64,000 bases of DNA from Ascidiella aspersa (GCA_963924565.1 OZ004608.1:17546001-17610000), one strand, 5' to 3'. Numbered from the stretch's first letter, positions 52,095-64,000 are shown. Translations and numbers: made by a program. Notes: generated by a model not told the origin, from the letters alone.

Positions 52095-52486
52095 AAATTA
52101 AAAAACAGCTCCTCTGGTAATTGTAATTGTTAACCAACGTTTCGGCAACCTATGCAAGCCGCCTTCGTCAGGGTGAATAACACTGAACGCTTGTACAATA
52201 AACGAAAAATGCAAGGAAAAACGCGAGCAATGAAACGATAAGAAAACAATTAGCGATAGTGTTTAGTCCTTCCGCAGTTGCTTATAGCATCACGTCTGTT
52301 TTGATGTTCATGGTGTTACCCTTCTTATTGATGTTCCAAGATTCCAAATAATATTTTCCTGTAGGCTCACTCTCGTGCTATTATTGAAGCGGCACCAAAA
52401 TAAATTTGGTGGCTTTGGGAAAGAGTATGGTTTGAGAGTGCAGACTTTTTTTTCGTCGTTGTTTGCCACGTCCCTCTGATGTTCGA
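52095..52486 (-). mobile_element. Decayed Penelope-like retroelement 3' end (GIY-YIG endonuclease tail plus hammerhead-bearing repeat)
   Basis: The minus strand translates, through two frameshifts and a stop, to EHQRDVANND..SALSNHTLSQSHQIYFGAASIIARE..YLESWNINKKGNTMNIKTD. This is the EH..SAL..H..H..LESW.I..MN pattern of PLE endonucleases, and it is followed by a hammerhead motif. Confidence 0.8.
52127..52180 (-). ncRNA. Penelope-associated minimal hammerhead ribozyme
   Basis: Minus strand reads TTATTCACC-CTGACGA-A-GGCGGCTT-GCAT-AGGTTGCC-GAAA-CGTT-GGTTAACAA: intact core, 8-bp stem II with G-U pairs, palindromic ACGU stem III, imperfect stem I. Confidence 0.8.
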
Positions 52487-52773
52487 TATAATATTATTGT
52501 TACATAGAGTTTAATTAAGTGATGCTACATTGTTAATTTACATTGCTTATATTATTTTATTCAATTTTGATTTGATAAATAGTACACGACGAGCCCCTGA
52601 CAAACTCTTGCGTCCCCTAGGGTTTGATCCACAAGTTTAAATAGTTTTAGGCTTCCAAATTGACAGGGTAGTCAAAAATATCCCTTGTTGTTTTTGCGAT
52701 ATACCTTTAGTTAAAATATTTATTTTATTGTTGACTTGATTTCGGTCACAAAAGGGCATGTACACATAGACTC

Positions 52774-53114
52774 CAGGGCTGCGGAGTCGGTTAAAACTAA
52801 CACGAGTCCCGAGTCCGATTCCGATCAAATGTGCGATTTTGTCGAGTCCCGAGTCCGGCCTTGACTCTACATCCTGTATTTCGCCAATTTACGTCACTAA
52901 AATAACGTGGATGTAATACTTATAGGGTTGTCGTGTAGGCTGTTTCATTCACTCACAATACATGGTTCGAAAATCTTCCACCATATGCTATTCCACCAGT
53001 TGTCGGCCAAATCAGTTTACAAATTTGGTACTGCGCATGAGCATTTCGGACTCCGGACTCGGGTACTAGTTTTACGTTATCTTACTCGAGTCCGACTCCG
53101 ACTCCACAGCCCTG
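52774..53114. mobile_element. hAT-type MITE with GAGTC subterminal repeats
   Basis: TIR CAGGGCTGCGGAGTCGG / CCGACTCCACAGCCCTG; TSD atagactc / atagaccc. Confidence 0.85.
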
Positions 53115-54276
53115 ATAGACCCCTTCATTTTCTTACTTGTCGGATGGAAAACTATTGTAAACGTTTGCCTTGCCTACTTTTTATCTCGTTTTTGCACGCA
53201 AACCCCTTTTGTGGCCTTCTAGATAAGAGGTGTCAAACTTAAGTCTTACTGAAGACCGCACAAAATTATATGATCACGCCAGGGGCATCACTGAAATAAC
53301 AAAAAACAACAGGATATTCAAATATATTTGTTGTATCTGATGTTCACCATGCTTAATTTATAGTAGGTATGCACACAAATGGTTTTAGAAGTTTTATATA
53401 TACAAGGTGTATCCTCCAGTCATTTATCGGCGTAGCCAGGGGGCACAGAGGCCATGCCCTTACCCCCAAATTTTATAAATATTGTACTCTTATAATTTTG
53501 TTTTGTAGCATATTCGAGCAGTACCACAGCAGTCGATCACAGGCGCAGGCGCAAAACTTCGAATAATACACGGGCCGCATTTGTGTGTGTGAAGGACGAC
53601 CTGCGGCGCGTGGGCCACATAGTTAACACCCGTTTTCTGAATAGTTTTTAGCTTGTTTACCTAAAAACGTGTCCCCCCGAAAATAGCATTATGGTAGACA
53701 TCTTTAGAAACCTCTACCGTATTCCTTTCTTAAATACTGCAAAATATTTTAAAGTAATAAGCGAAACATGATATTTCTTGGTTAGCAAAGCTATAATTTA
53801 TAGTATAACCTTGATGAAATTTCAATTTTAACCAAATGTTTTACACCTACTAAATTATGCATTAAAACGAAAAATTTACCCCGCTTGTTAAAAAAAAGTT
53901 AGACTACAATCAGCCTAAAAGACCAGTCATGCGTATCGTAATGCTTACATTATTGTAAATCCATCCTCAAAGCAGCTGTTTGTTTTTCCTTTGTTTTTAG
54001 ATTAAGGACTATGCTTAAAACTTAAAGTGAAAGTTTATTTGATGTATGGTTAGCAACATCTGACATATTAGACTAAAAATGTTCGCGATTTAATTTGGTT
54101 GAGCATATGCGATAATGTATTGCCGAAGTGTGACTGAATAAATTCCCAACAAACAATCATAGCACACGGCTGCATAAATTTGACCCTCGTTTTCATACGC
54201 GTCGCACAACACACAGAACCAACCACACATCGAAAACACGATTGCAGCTATGAAACGAACTGTTAATCTGCGTGAA

Positions 54277-54748
54277 ATGTCTGCTACTTCGCCGTCTGCG
54301 GGTCCAACCAGTCAAGAAGCACAAACCAAAAAAATAATGATGGACTTGCAGCAGGAAAAGAAACGTCTTCGAATGATTCAGCAAGGAAGGTAAGCTTTGT
54401 AGGTGTACATTAGGGCTAGGCAGATTAGCAACTATTGATTTGTGTTTGTACTTATATAGATTTTCAAAAATAATAATGTGTATTATTTGCAGTGGAAACG
54501 TACCAGTAAAACATATGCCTTCGAACTTGCAACCGCCTATTGATGCAAGCCAGCATATGTTGGCCAATCAGAGAAATGCTCTACAGGTAATTTTCGAAAA
54601 CCCAGGGTACGTGTTTCAAAATTTAATGACGCTTTGTTTGTTTTGTCAGATGGCCCATTCTACATCTTTCGGTTTCTTTATAACGCAGTCGTCGTCGTTC
54701 GGTAACATAATCCTGCCAGTTATTCCAAGAGTTGGGCCAAACGAGTGA
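54277..54748 (+). CDS. INIP: SOSS complex subunit C (INTS3- and NABP-interacting protein); exons 54277-54389, 54493-54586, 54650-54748 (in-frame upstream ATG at 54250)
   Basis: Spliced product ..KIMMDLQQEKKRL..QHMLANQRNALQMAHSTSFGFFITQSSSFGNIILPVIPR matches the human C9orf80 C-terminus QQKAALQHAHAHSSGYFITQDSAFGNLILPVLPR. Confidence 0.92.
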
Positions 54749-55038
54749 CAGCATACCCAAATCTTATGCCGGTTTAACACTATCACACAAGTATTAAACC
54801 ATGCATTTGACGCTCAGCATACACAAATTGACATACCTTCTACGCAGAAAACGGCTATACCTGCTCATCCTTTACCTTGTACTAAACTTACCGTTAAATC
54901 AGTAGTCCAGCAAAGCCTTTTTCCCGTTAATATGTTTTTTCAGTGTTACTGACCACATATTTTCACTGCCGGTAATTTTTTAAAGATGGCTTGTTAGGAT
55001 AGAAAATTGTTTTTTATTACTACATTCTGGTTGCTGTG

Positions 55039-55476
55039 ATGACCCTAAGTTCACTGATTGGTCGTAAATTTTCGTCAGTTGCAAGCGTCGGACAATCGGT
55101 GACGCGCCGCCGCCGTTTTACGCAGCAAGAAGTGAGCGAATTCGCGCGATTAACGGGTGACTACAACCCTATCCACCTCGATGAAACTGGCGCCACAAAA
55201 TCCGGTGTTTTTTCGGCTGCAGTAGTTCACGGAACCTTGGTTTGCGGTTTTGTTTCTGGTATATTTGGTACAAAACTGCCAGGCCCTGGATCGGTTTTGT
55301 TCGCGCAGGAAATGCGTTTTCCGAAACCTCTCTACGTTGACGAAGAGCTTACAGCGTGTGTGACGGTCGCAGCCGTGAAAAAAATGTTTGTTGAATGTAA
55401 GGTTCACTGCTTTGTTGGAGAAAAGGTCATAATGACCGGAAAAGTCACGGTTGCAGTTCCAACAGGAAAAAAATAG
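55039..55476 (+). CDS. HTD2: Mitochondrial hydroxyacyl-thioester dehydratase type 2 (MaoC/hotdog fold), intronless
   Basis: FTQQEVSEFARLTGDYNPIHLD..VVHG..SGIFGTKLPGPG..QEMRFPKPLYV follows human HTD2 colinearly; short R/S/L-rich N-terminus resembling a presequence. Confidence 0.9.
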   Translation: MTLSSLIGRKFSSVASVGQSVTRRRRFTQQEVSEFARLTGDYNPIHLDETGATKSGVFSAAVVHGTLVCGFVSGIFGTKLPGPGSVLFAQEMRFPKPLYVDEELTACVTVAAVKKMFVECKVHCFVGEKVIMTGKVTVAVPTGKK

Positions 55477-56919
55477 TTTTAAATATTTGATTACGAAGTA
55501 CATTTACATACTTAATGATTCTGTAAAGCTAAGTGTTTAATACAGACTACTGTACAACTTACGTTTCTGAATTAAAAACTAACATAACAATGTGAAAAAG
55601 GCGTTTTGTATCCCATTCCACACGACACGTGCTTTACAAAAAGTGTTACCGAAAATGTATTGCCTGCGTGGTTCGTTTATTTTAAGTATTTTAGTCTGTA
55701 GGCCTATCCTAATGTTTTGTTTAATGAAACGGTACACCTAATTGTTCAGGAATTCAGCAGTGGCTAACCACGGCTAGCCAGCCCCATATGACTACTCACC
55801 CAGGTTAACCGGCTCGCATTTCGGTAAAGTGATTTTTGCAGAAACACCGTAGGCTACCGGTAAATAATGTCTTTTTTTAACAAGAATTCTAGTTTTCCTA
55901 AGGTTACGTGTTTTAGACGTTACGTTTAACGTCATCTCTGACAATTTTTTTGTGATTAGGTTAGAACAGTTAACGATCCGGTAAAAAAATATTCTGCTTT
56001 TGCCCCTTGATTAGCCTTCTCGCCTGATTCGCCTAGACTTTTGCATTGCACTTAGATCCTACATTAGTTTATGTAGAATCCAATTAAACATTTAGAAAAT
56101 TGTTTCTTAACCCTATTGGGGCGCCAACCAGTTATGAAGGCATGAGCTCTATATACAATGCCTATTTATTTATAAAGTGATCGTAATATTTCAATGTTAC
56201 GCTTCGTGTTCATTTTACTTTTATACTGTGATATGCTGCTTTACGGTACGTCGAATTACTATGCAAGGTTCATGATTTGGGACCTGCAAGTTTTGAGCTA
56301 CTAATAGTGTAAAATTGTTTAAAACAAACTGGTATAGTTGAAGTACTTCTATGTGGTTTTTCAACCAGGGTTGGGCGTCACCATGCAATGCCCATAGGCC
56401 TACTATAGTGTTTGCCAAATTTAACAATGTATCTCCAAAAACGTTTTGGTTTGGTAGACATTTTCTCTTTTCGAAAAATGACTTGACTTGGTCTTAAGTC
56501 ATTGTGTCCAATAAAATTGAACACTTCGAACTCTAACTCTGCTAATTGACGTGTGCACATTCAGAAAAACTGCGCACATTACCATCTCAAAATGTGCACA
56601 CATTTCGGCGTTTACATTTATACACATTCTAAACGCCACGGCCTCGTCTGTTGCACACGAGTATAGGTGCAGGAAAGGCCCTTTTTTGGGGGAAAAGTGA
56701 TTTTTTCAAAGGCATGTGTGACCAGGCCACTTTTAAAGTCACCTTTAATATGGCCATGTTAAAAGGACAATTGTGTGCCATACACCTGATCACGTTTTAG
56801 AAAAAGACGTCGCGGAACTCTCTGAAGTCACAATAAGTACCACAATTTTGAGTTAAACAGCACATGATCAAAATATTTTATGTTTCTGTTCCCCTGATAC
56901 CAACAGGCTCGTGGGATAG

Positions 56920-57446
56920 TTTTGCACAATGTGCGCACATTTTAAAATGGCATTAAATGTGCGCACTTTTTTGCAGTGTGCGTACTATTTAGAGTCGCTT
57001 TTTGAGTTGGGATTAGTGTTAGAGTTTGGAGATAGAGTCTAAGTTAAATAAATAGTTAGAGTTGGTAAAACAAGAGGAACAGCTGTGGAAGATTAGGAGT
57101 CCGGCTTTGAGGAAGAGTTGGTGGAACAGTCGGAGTTAAAGTTTGATAAAGAGTCGGAAGAAGAGTGAATGAAAGAGGCAGAGAAAAAGTAAAAAAAGAG
57201 TTGATGATAGAGTCGAAGCAAAATTCAGAGAAAGATTTTCAGGGAAACATGTTTTGAAGAAGGGATAAACGAAGAGTTTAGAGGTAAAGAGGGCTAGAGG
57301 ATTAGAGACAGAGGACAAAACGATAGAAAGGAAAAGGAAAACAGTTAGAAGAAGAGGCACAAAATTGTTTCCGCGTTACCTATCTTAAACCGTTCGCACA
57401 TTTTTAAAGGAATTTGAATTTTAAAATGTGCGCACATTGTGCAAAA
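56920..57446. mobile_element. Inverted-repeat element with a purine-rich core
   Basis: Perfect 29-bp inverted repeat TTTTGCACAATGTGCGCACATTTTAAAAT (56920-56948 / 57418-57446) around an A/G-rich tract; related fragment at ~56530-56605. Confidence 0.75.
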
Positions 57447-58639
57447 AATGCTCGTAACCAAACAGGGGGTGGATACGTTGAAAACTATTTGTCTTACATA
57501 ATTAGCAACGTTGACTAGTTTACGACTTTAGTATGCCTCATTGTGCGACACTCAAGATCGCACAATGTCCACATTTATAGTACACAAATGAATTTTAGGG
57601 ACGTTGAGTTATTTTTGACAGGAATGCAACGATAAACTTTCGGTAAACTTTGCTTGTGCGGTTAACAAAAACAGACAAACAAGCACAAGAATTGCTTTGG
57701 CCAAACACCTATCACAAAACTTACACTCAGTCATTCGAACTGCAGCTGTGATCAAGAAGCAGCATTCAAATAGGGCTATAGGCCTACAAAACACTGCAAT
57801 TTGGATTTTTTCCGTCTTTTGAATGGCAACTCTTACGTAATTGCTCTGAACGCGAATTACGAGAATGAAATCCAGTGTTGTGAAAAATCTATGACAACGC
57901 TAAATTATTTATACTTTTGGTACCGGTAGCCTATATATCGTAAGTTTGTTTAAAATAAGAATAAGTATTTTTTTAGATCAAGAAAAGTGCTCTGAAACCG
58001 GAGTGCCGCGGGACAACAAGTGTGCCGCGATATTCCCTGAGGTGTATTAGCCTACTTTCATTTCAAGGATACATTTTAATAATAAGTAGAATTACCACAA
58101 ATATATACATCGAATAAATCGTTATGCTTTTTTGGATTTACCGTTTGGTGAGCGAACGTTTCCTCTAAAACTGCCGCAACTTTTCAAAAATCTATTCTTG
58201 GGAAACTTTTTAAAATGGCACTTTTAGTCTATGCTAAAAAGTCGCATCGTGAAAAAAAGCGGAAATAGGCCCTGAATAATATAAATCGTTATGTTGGGGT
58301 AAGCATGTATGGAGTCACTTTTTTACTTTACCGTTTGGTGAGCGAAAATTTATTCTAAAGATGCAGAAAGTTTTGATCTATTGTTCTCGTGTTGGATTCT
58401 ATTTGAATAAGATTTTAAGCATAACTGATGATACAATTTGCGTAACTATAGTATTCTGTTCTTTTTAAATTAAGTTATTGTTTAAGATCTTTTTTATAAC
58501 CTTTTTGGTTCTGTTTAGATCTAAAATCTCGTATTTAAAAAAATAGGAATAGGTCGAATTAAAGTTTAGAATTCCTACTAGCGATGCTGAAAGTTCGAAA
58601 AAACAAGTTGGAAATATCGTTCGGACATTTTCTCTACAT

Positions 58640-60206
58640 TAGGGGTTCTTAAACTGGGGTCCATGGACCCCTTAGGGCAAGGGTGGGCAACATACGGCCC
58701 GCGGGCCGGATCCGGCCGCCGCTTAGTCACCACTCGGTATTGTTGTTTCAATTAGCAGTTCGCCTGTCACCTTACTCAAGTAATCTCAAAACAGGCCTGA
58801 TAACAAAAAGATATTTTTTGGTGAAACGAAAAGACTTCTTAACGACGTAAAAAAAACAGGCGTGTAAGCTACAGCAATGCGCATTTACACTTAATTAATT
58901 TTACTCCAAATTTTTCGATATAAAATCCTGAAAATTATTATGAACGAAGTATTTAATTTTCCGGTGTTCGTATATTAGCGTTAAGCCGGTCAAGCGTTCT
59001 TCGCCGCATGCCGCCCTATTGAACATTTTTATTAGCCTCGTGTAAAAAAGGTTTCAAAAAAAGGAGCGCTTCGCCGTCGTAGTTGTAACAGGCAGAGTCA
59101 TTGCACGCTTCATACAACCGGCGAAATCCAACTGCAAATATCACCGAAAAATTTTTAATCCTTGGATTCCAATCCAAAAGGAATTCGTATCTAATTCTGC
59201 AGTTTATGTCTAGTAATTTGAACCAATATAATTTGAAGTTTTACCGCCATGGTTACGCCTAATTGTACATACGCGAGTGGCAAGTTTAGATAAGGCCTGT
59301 CGCTGTGGCGACACATTGAAAGGGCTTGCTTTCAATGTAGCCGGGTACGGCAGTGTCTGCAGTTTTTGGGCGACCAATTACTTCGACTCGCAATAACATT
59401 AACCTAACAATTAGGTGTCAGTTAAGCGGTATTGGGCGAGCCACTAATTTGCTTAACTGCGTTAAGTTGCAAAAGTAACATTCCCTCGTAAAACGTGCGG
59501 GCCTTGGTTGAAATGCGCTAAAGGGTTATTTAAGGCCACCTTTAGGCCAATATTCAGCGAGGTTACGCACAGCGTAATCGTGCCTGTGGGTCCTGTAGTG
59601 TAGGATATATTTTAAAATTAATCCCTCCCTCAAACAAAATCAAGGTTAAATAATTAGAAAATAGATTTTCGAAAACCAAAGTTTTTTGAACATCCAACGA
59701 AGTGCAACAGTTTGTGTTTGATACATCACAGAGGATGTTGTGACACCGCAATTCCATAGCGTTTCGCGCGCAATTGAAATCATGTGACTTGAATGCCTCA
59801 ACGATGTGTAGCGTTTTTTAAGGTCGAACAGATAATTTTAAACAGCCGTAAGCTCCTAATAATTGCCGTTGACAGCGTCTCTAGATTCTAGAATACACGA
59901 AACTTAAATTTTTTTTTGAATACGGCCCGCCAAGTACTTCATTTTGCCATATCCGGCCCGTCGACTGGAGAAGTTGCCCGCCCCTGCCTTAGGGGTACGT
60001 GAAGGTCTAATTGAAATATTAGTGTATATTTATGAAGTAATCATGCAGATTTTCAAAGAAAACTTTCGGACCGAAATCAACAGATTTCTGAAGTCTATTT
60101 GAATCGTGACGTCAATTTAGGTCGACCGTGTTTTAATTTTCTTGGCTACCGTGGTGCACGCGAAGCAAATTAAAGGTCCAGGTTTAAAAATGTTCAAGAA
60201 CCCCTG
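58640..60206. mobile_element. hAT-Charlie-like MITE (outer host of a nested insertion)
   Basis: Ends taggggttcttaaac / gttcaagaacccctg; TSD ctctacat / ctctatat. Confidence 0.8.
58678..59986. mobile_element. Non-autonomous hAT element nested in the previous MITE
   Basis: Ends caagggtgggcaac / gttgcccgcccctg, CGGCCCG subterminal motifs, perfect TSD CCTTAGGG. Confidence 0.88.
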
Positions 60207-60359
60207 CTCTATATTTTTTATATAGTTCATCACCAAATCGAAATACATGTTAAATTGTTGCATTGTTGTTTTATCATAATTAATAATAATTATTTGAAAT
60301 ACAAATTTGGTATTTAAAAAGGAGAAAATATATCCGGTCATGATGTTATGTTAATCGCC

Positions 60360-61760
60360 TTATTGCCATTTAATTCAAAAAGTAACCATTCAATTCAAGA
60401 TATTGCCATTACATTTATTAACTAGACGTTCCATATCACATGCTCTGCAAAAATCCAAATGATGTTATCATATTCACCATATTGCTCTTTGATCCGAAAA
60501 GTAGCTATTCCATTGCAAATATTGCAATTAAAATGGTTAGTTGGACATTACATTCGAAACGTTGCTAAAATCCATACTATGCTGTTTAATTCGCAAATCA
60601 GTCATTCCATTGTAAGTATTGCCATTTCAATCGTTAACTAGACGTTTCATTCGACGTGTTGTTAAAACCAGTGACGCGCGGTGAGGTTCCTAGATGGTGA
60701 GGCACATATTTTGTCGATTCAAGAATCGTACTAATAAAAATAAAAAAAAGTTTCAACTTTTTTTGTTTAGCTTTTTCCATTGTATGAACTGCGCATCGAA
60801 CACAAATAAATATGCTAGCAAACCGTTTCGAGCAGCAACTGACTGAGTTTTAGCGCAATAAAAATGACTAAAAAGTAGTAAAACTACATTAATATAACAA
60901 ACGTAATAATGACTATACATCGTTTATGACGTAACAGTGCATGACAATTAAAGGTGTGACATGTCGATGATCGACTGTTGTGGTAGGCTACTGCTCATAA
61001 AAGCCACAAAACAAATTATTATTAAGAGTACAATATTTATTAATTTTTGGATGGCCATAGCCCCCCTGGCTACGCCTATGACAGCCACACATCCACTTCT
61101 TTTTTACCAATCTCTTTGAAAGTTGCGTATTATTTTTTTTGTCCAGTAGTCTGATGCAAAACTGTTAAATTTGCAACAGTTCTGCCTTTATTTATGACTT
61201 TAACTTTAGAGATTTACACTACAAGAAGTCAATGTACACGCAATATGTGGGCATTTAAGCTGGACAAAAAAAGGTTTCATAGCGTGGTCACAATTGCCAA
61301 GTCACAATTGAGGCATGCCTCAAATCATAGCTGAATCGTTCATCATGTTTTCCGAGAGAATTTGCGAAAGAAAAAGGAACGCATAATGCAGTGTATGGCA
61401 CATTTGTAATCTGAAGTGAGGCACGGCTTGGCACTGCCTCTGCCTCACTTCGCGTATTCAATGATTTTTACCGCGTGAACGCTTGATATTAATAACGCAG
61501 CAGAATTAGAAGAAAAAAATAAAGCACGCTTTAGGTATAGAAACATAAAATTTGCGGTAGAGATTAACTGATATAGCTTTTGCTTGATATATATTCTGCT
61601 TTGCCAGATGTTGGTAGGTGAGGTAGTGCCTCACCTGACTGCACGTCCCTGGTTAAAACCCTAAACACGGTATTCCATTTGCCATGTTGCTGTTTGATTC
61701 GCAAAATAGCCATTCCATTCGTTAACTAGGCGTTTCATTTGACATGTTAAAATCCTAAAT
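60360..61760 (+). repeat. Degenerate tandem repeat (ccatt..ttaactagacgttt.cat units) interrupted by a transposon
   Basis: Recurrent tattgccatt / gttaactag(a/g)cgtttcatt / gttaaaa motifs at 60360-60668 resume at 61652-61760. Confidence 0.55.
60669..61651. mobile_element. Non-autonomous hAT element (Tip100-like termini), 983 bp
   Basis: Ends CAGTGACGCGCGGT / ACTGCACGTCCCTG, repeated GTGAGGCA subterminal motifs, perfect TSD GTTAAAAC. Confidence 0.88.
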
Positions 61761-62021
61761 ATGCTAACTAAGCCATGCGCCACCATTTGTTGCCATTTCC
61801 CTTTTTCTGGTGCCGTTCGCCAAGTTGCTCTTCTATTCAACATGTTGTGAAAAACGCAAAGATGTCATTCGACGTTATGCTGTTTGATTTGTACGCGCCG
61901 TATCCGCAAATTTAAAACAATTGTAAAGTAAGTTGCTTTCTTATAAGTTGCCGTTTCAAAAGCTATTTTGCTATTACATGTCTGAAAGTTGTAAATAAAA
62001 TTTGTTCTGATAATCACAAAT

Positions 62022-62425
62022 TAGGGTTCCTCTTTTTCCCGGATTTTTTCACTCCCGAGTAACGGGATTAAAAAATTCCCGGGAATCCCGACAAAAAATT
62101 ATACCTAATTACGTTATATTAGCTCCAAACATTTAATTTGATTTAATAAGAAAGCGAATGCAGGGAGCATTTTTATTCATAAAATAAATTTAATCAAGTT
62201 TTTTCCTCTGGTAAGCGCTAATAAAGCAACTCATCAAACCATAGAGATCAGTGGTGTGGTAATAATTTTTTCTTTATACATTCACAAACGACAAGTTTTT
62301 TCAAAGTTTTGCTATGTTGCCGAATAACCGAGATAATCAAAAAAGTCCCTAGATTCAGGATCGCTATTTCGCGGGATGGAAATCCCGGGAATTTCCCGTC
62401 GAAACATTCCGTGAGAGGAACCCAA
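62022..62425. mobile_element. hAT-type MITE
   Basis: Ends TAGGGTTCCTCT / AGAGGAACCCAA, CCCGGGAAT subterminal motifs, perfect TSD TCACAAAT. Confidence 0.88.
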
Positions 62426-64000
62426 TCACAAATAAGATATGTGAATTACAAAGTGGACAAATGGATTGCATAGTAATCATTACAATCAGCACAGAGTAGC
62501 TGTGTAAAATATAAAGTAAAGGAATTATAAAATGCGCGTTTGCCTAATAAATATTTCTCATTAAAATCCATAAAGTGGTAGTTTTGCGGCTTTGGCTTTT
62601 CATACTTTTTAACATTGGAGATTTTGCATGCTGAACTTTGGAGCTGCCTCCCTTTGGTCTAAAAACACTGAGCAAAGCAGCATTTTTGTTCAGAACAAAA
62701 ATTAGATTCGAATTAGAACTGAAACACACTAGCAATTTACCAATTAGCAGCAGATCACTAAATTTGTCAAACTATTAGGAGACAGCGGACTCGATGAACC
62801 TTACAGTCTTTCGCAGTCTCCTGGAAACGTCAAATATTTCAAAACATTGTGATTTCGTTTTTATGGATGTTGCAAATAAAATCTTATCTATTTTATTGAC
62901 ATCTTAAATTATTTACTGGTCAAACTCTGCTTATACACACCCCTTACACGGTTTTGTTTCTTGTTTTATTATTATAGATAAACGGATTACAAACCTAAAC
63001 AGATGTAACTACTTAGTATGTCAAGCAATGAAGCAGGTAAAATCTATGGATATTTGAGAACAACAAGATGGATTTTTAAGAATTTTTCACAAAATATTGG
63101 ATTAGTATAGGGCATGTTTGGTAAACCTATTTTATTGTATCGCATTAATTACAGCCCTTAATCAATAAAAAGAAACACCCTGGCCTTACGTTTAATTGTA
63201 AAAGCAGGCTGCTGTATTTTTTTAGACTATTTAGCCTTGGTTTGCAATCCACTGGTCTGCATTTTGTGGCACTTGCAAATCCGAGATTTTTTTAAAGAAA
63301 TTTGTGTACACACTTGAATTCAAAACTTGCACAACTAAATTTCACAAAAAATGTCAATTGTGTTGTGTTAGATTCCCCAAACTCAGGTGTGCATAAAATC
63401 CTAGTTGCAAACCTGAGATCTTGAGCTAAAGTGAAATGAAACGCAGACTAGACTATTCATAGAAAAAAAAGCTTGTGTGAAATTATGCATTTGCATGTAT
63501 AAGAATACTCACATAATGTTAACAAAGCTGCTGCAAACTAAATTTGATGGGGAGTCTTACTCTGGTATAGTTATATAAAAAAACACCTGGTTAGTTACAG
63601 TTTATGGGTGGAAAGTTAAAATTGAATGGGCTATAGAACATTATTATCCAAAAGTGCCATACGACCCATGGCAATCGCTGAACAGTTTCCCTGGTCTAGG
63701 TGTTATTACTATCATGGTTATGATTTTTTAATTGTTTTTTGTTTTACAACTTAAACCCCTGACCATAATCATAAGTATGTAACATGAACATTTTTAAAGC
63801 GTAGGATTAAAATCTCCATAAATGGGCCCCAACATTGTGTGTTTTTAGAACTAGAAAATATTTTGGTAAAAAATCCTTCCACTTCAAACCAACCTTTAGC
63901 ATGTTAAATATTGTGTATATATATATATATGGAACACCTATTTATGTAGTACAAAAAATACCAATAACTATAATTGTCGTTTCTATGACTGTGATAAGTG

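Noticed and set aside
55039-55476. Bacterial MaoC horizontal transfer
   Set aside because: The sequence follows metazoan HTD2, which is itself intronless, and it has a presequence-like N-terminus
60360-60668. CRISPR-like repeat/spacer array
   Set aside because: Eukaryotic context, degenerate irregular units and no cas genes; it is a minisatellite-like repeat
43980-61080. Scattered GGCGTAGC(C/T)AG / GGATC(C/T)AGG fragments (~43985, 44345, 50394, 53429, 61060)
   Set aside because: Probably repeat termini, but partner ends and TSDs could not be defined
62544-62823. Possible terminal exon of a minus-strand gene (CAG|..RLRKTVRFIESAVS*) and ORF 62544-62735
   Set aside because: No recognisable homology and no partner exon found in the window; plausible but unsupported

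Overview
Eukaryotic, intron-containing, AT-rich invertebrate genomic DNA. The compact gene spacing, many short introns (some only ~55-100 nt), mosaic CpG depletion and chordate-like proteins suggest an ascidian/tunicate, but that is inference. Splicing the exons by eye gives eight genes: midnolin (5'-truncated, +), a CIMIP2/FAM166-like ciliary gene (+), ERCC4/XPF (-), MED27 (+), OXCT1/SCOT (-), DNAI3/WDR63 (+), INIP/SOSS-C (+) and, ~290 bp behind INIP, an intronless HTD2 (+). Non-coding DNA carries many non-autonomous hAT-type MITEs with 8-bp TSDs (some nested) and a decayed Penelope-like retroelement. Two observations stand out. (1) There are three minimal type I hammerhead ribozyme motifs: one attached to the Penelope remnant, and two related ones lying sense-strand in introns of midnolin and XPF. 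The midnolin copy is solitary, perfectly paired and sits just before the exon encoding the proteasome-binding helix. (2) INIP-HTD2 is a tight tandem that looks like a bicistronic/operon arrangement with a different host gene from the vertebrate RPP14-HTD2 bicistron. All family assignments come from recalled motifs, not database searches.
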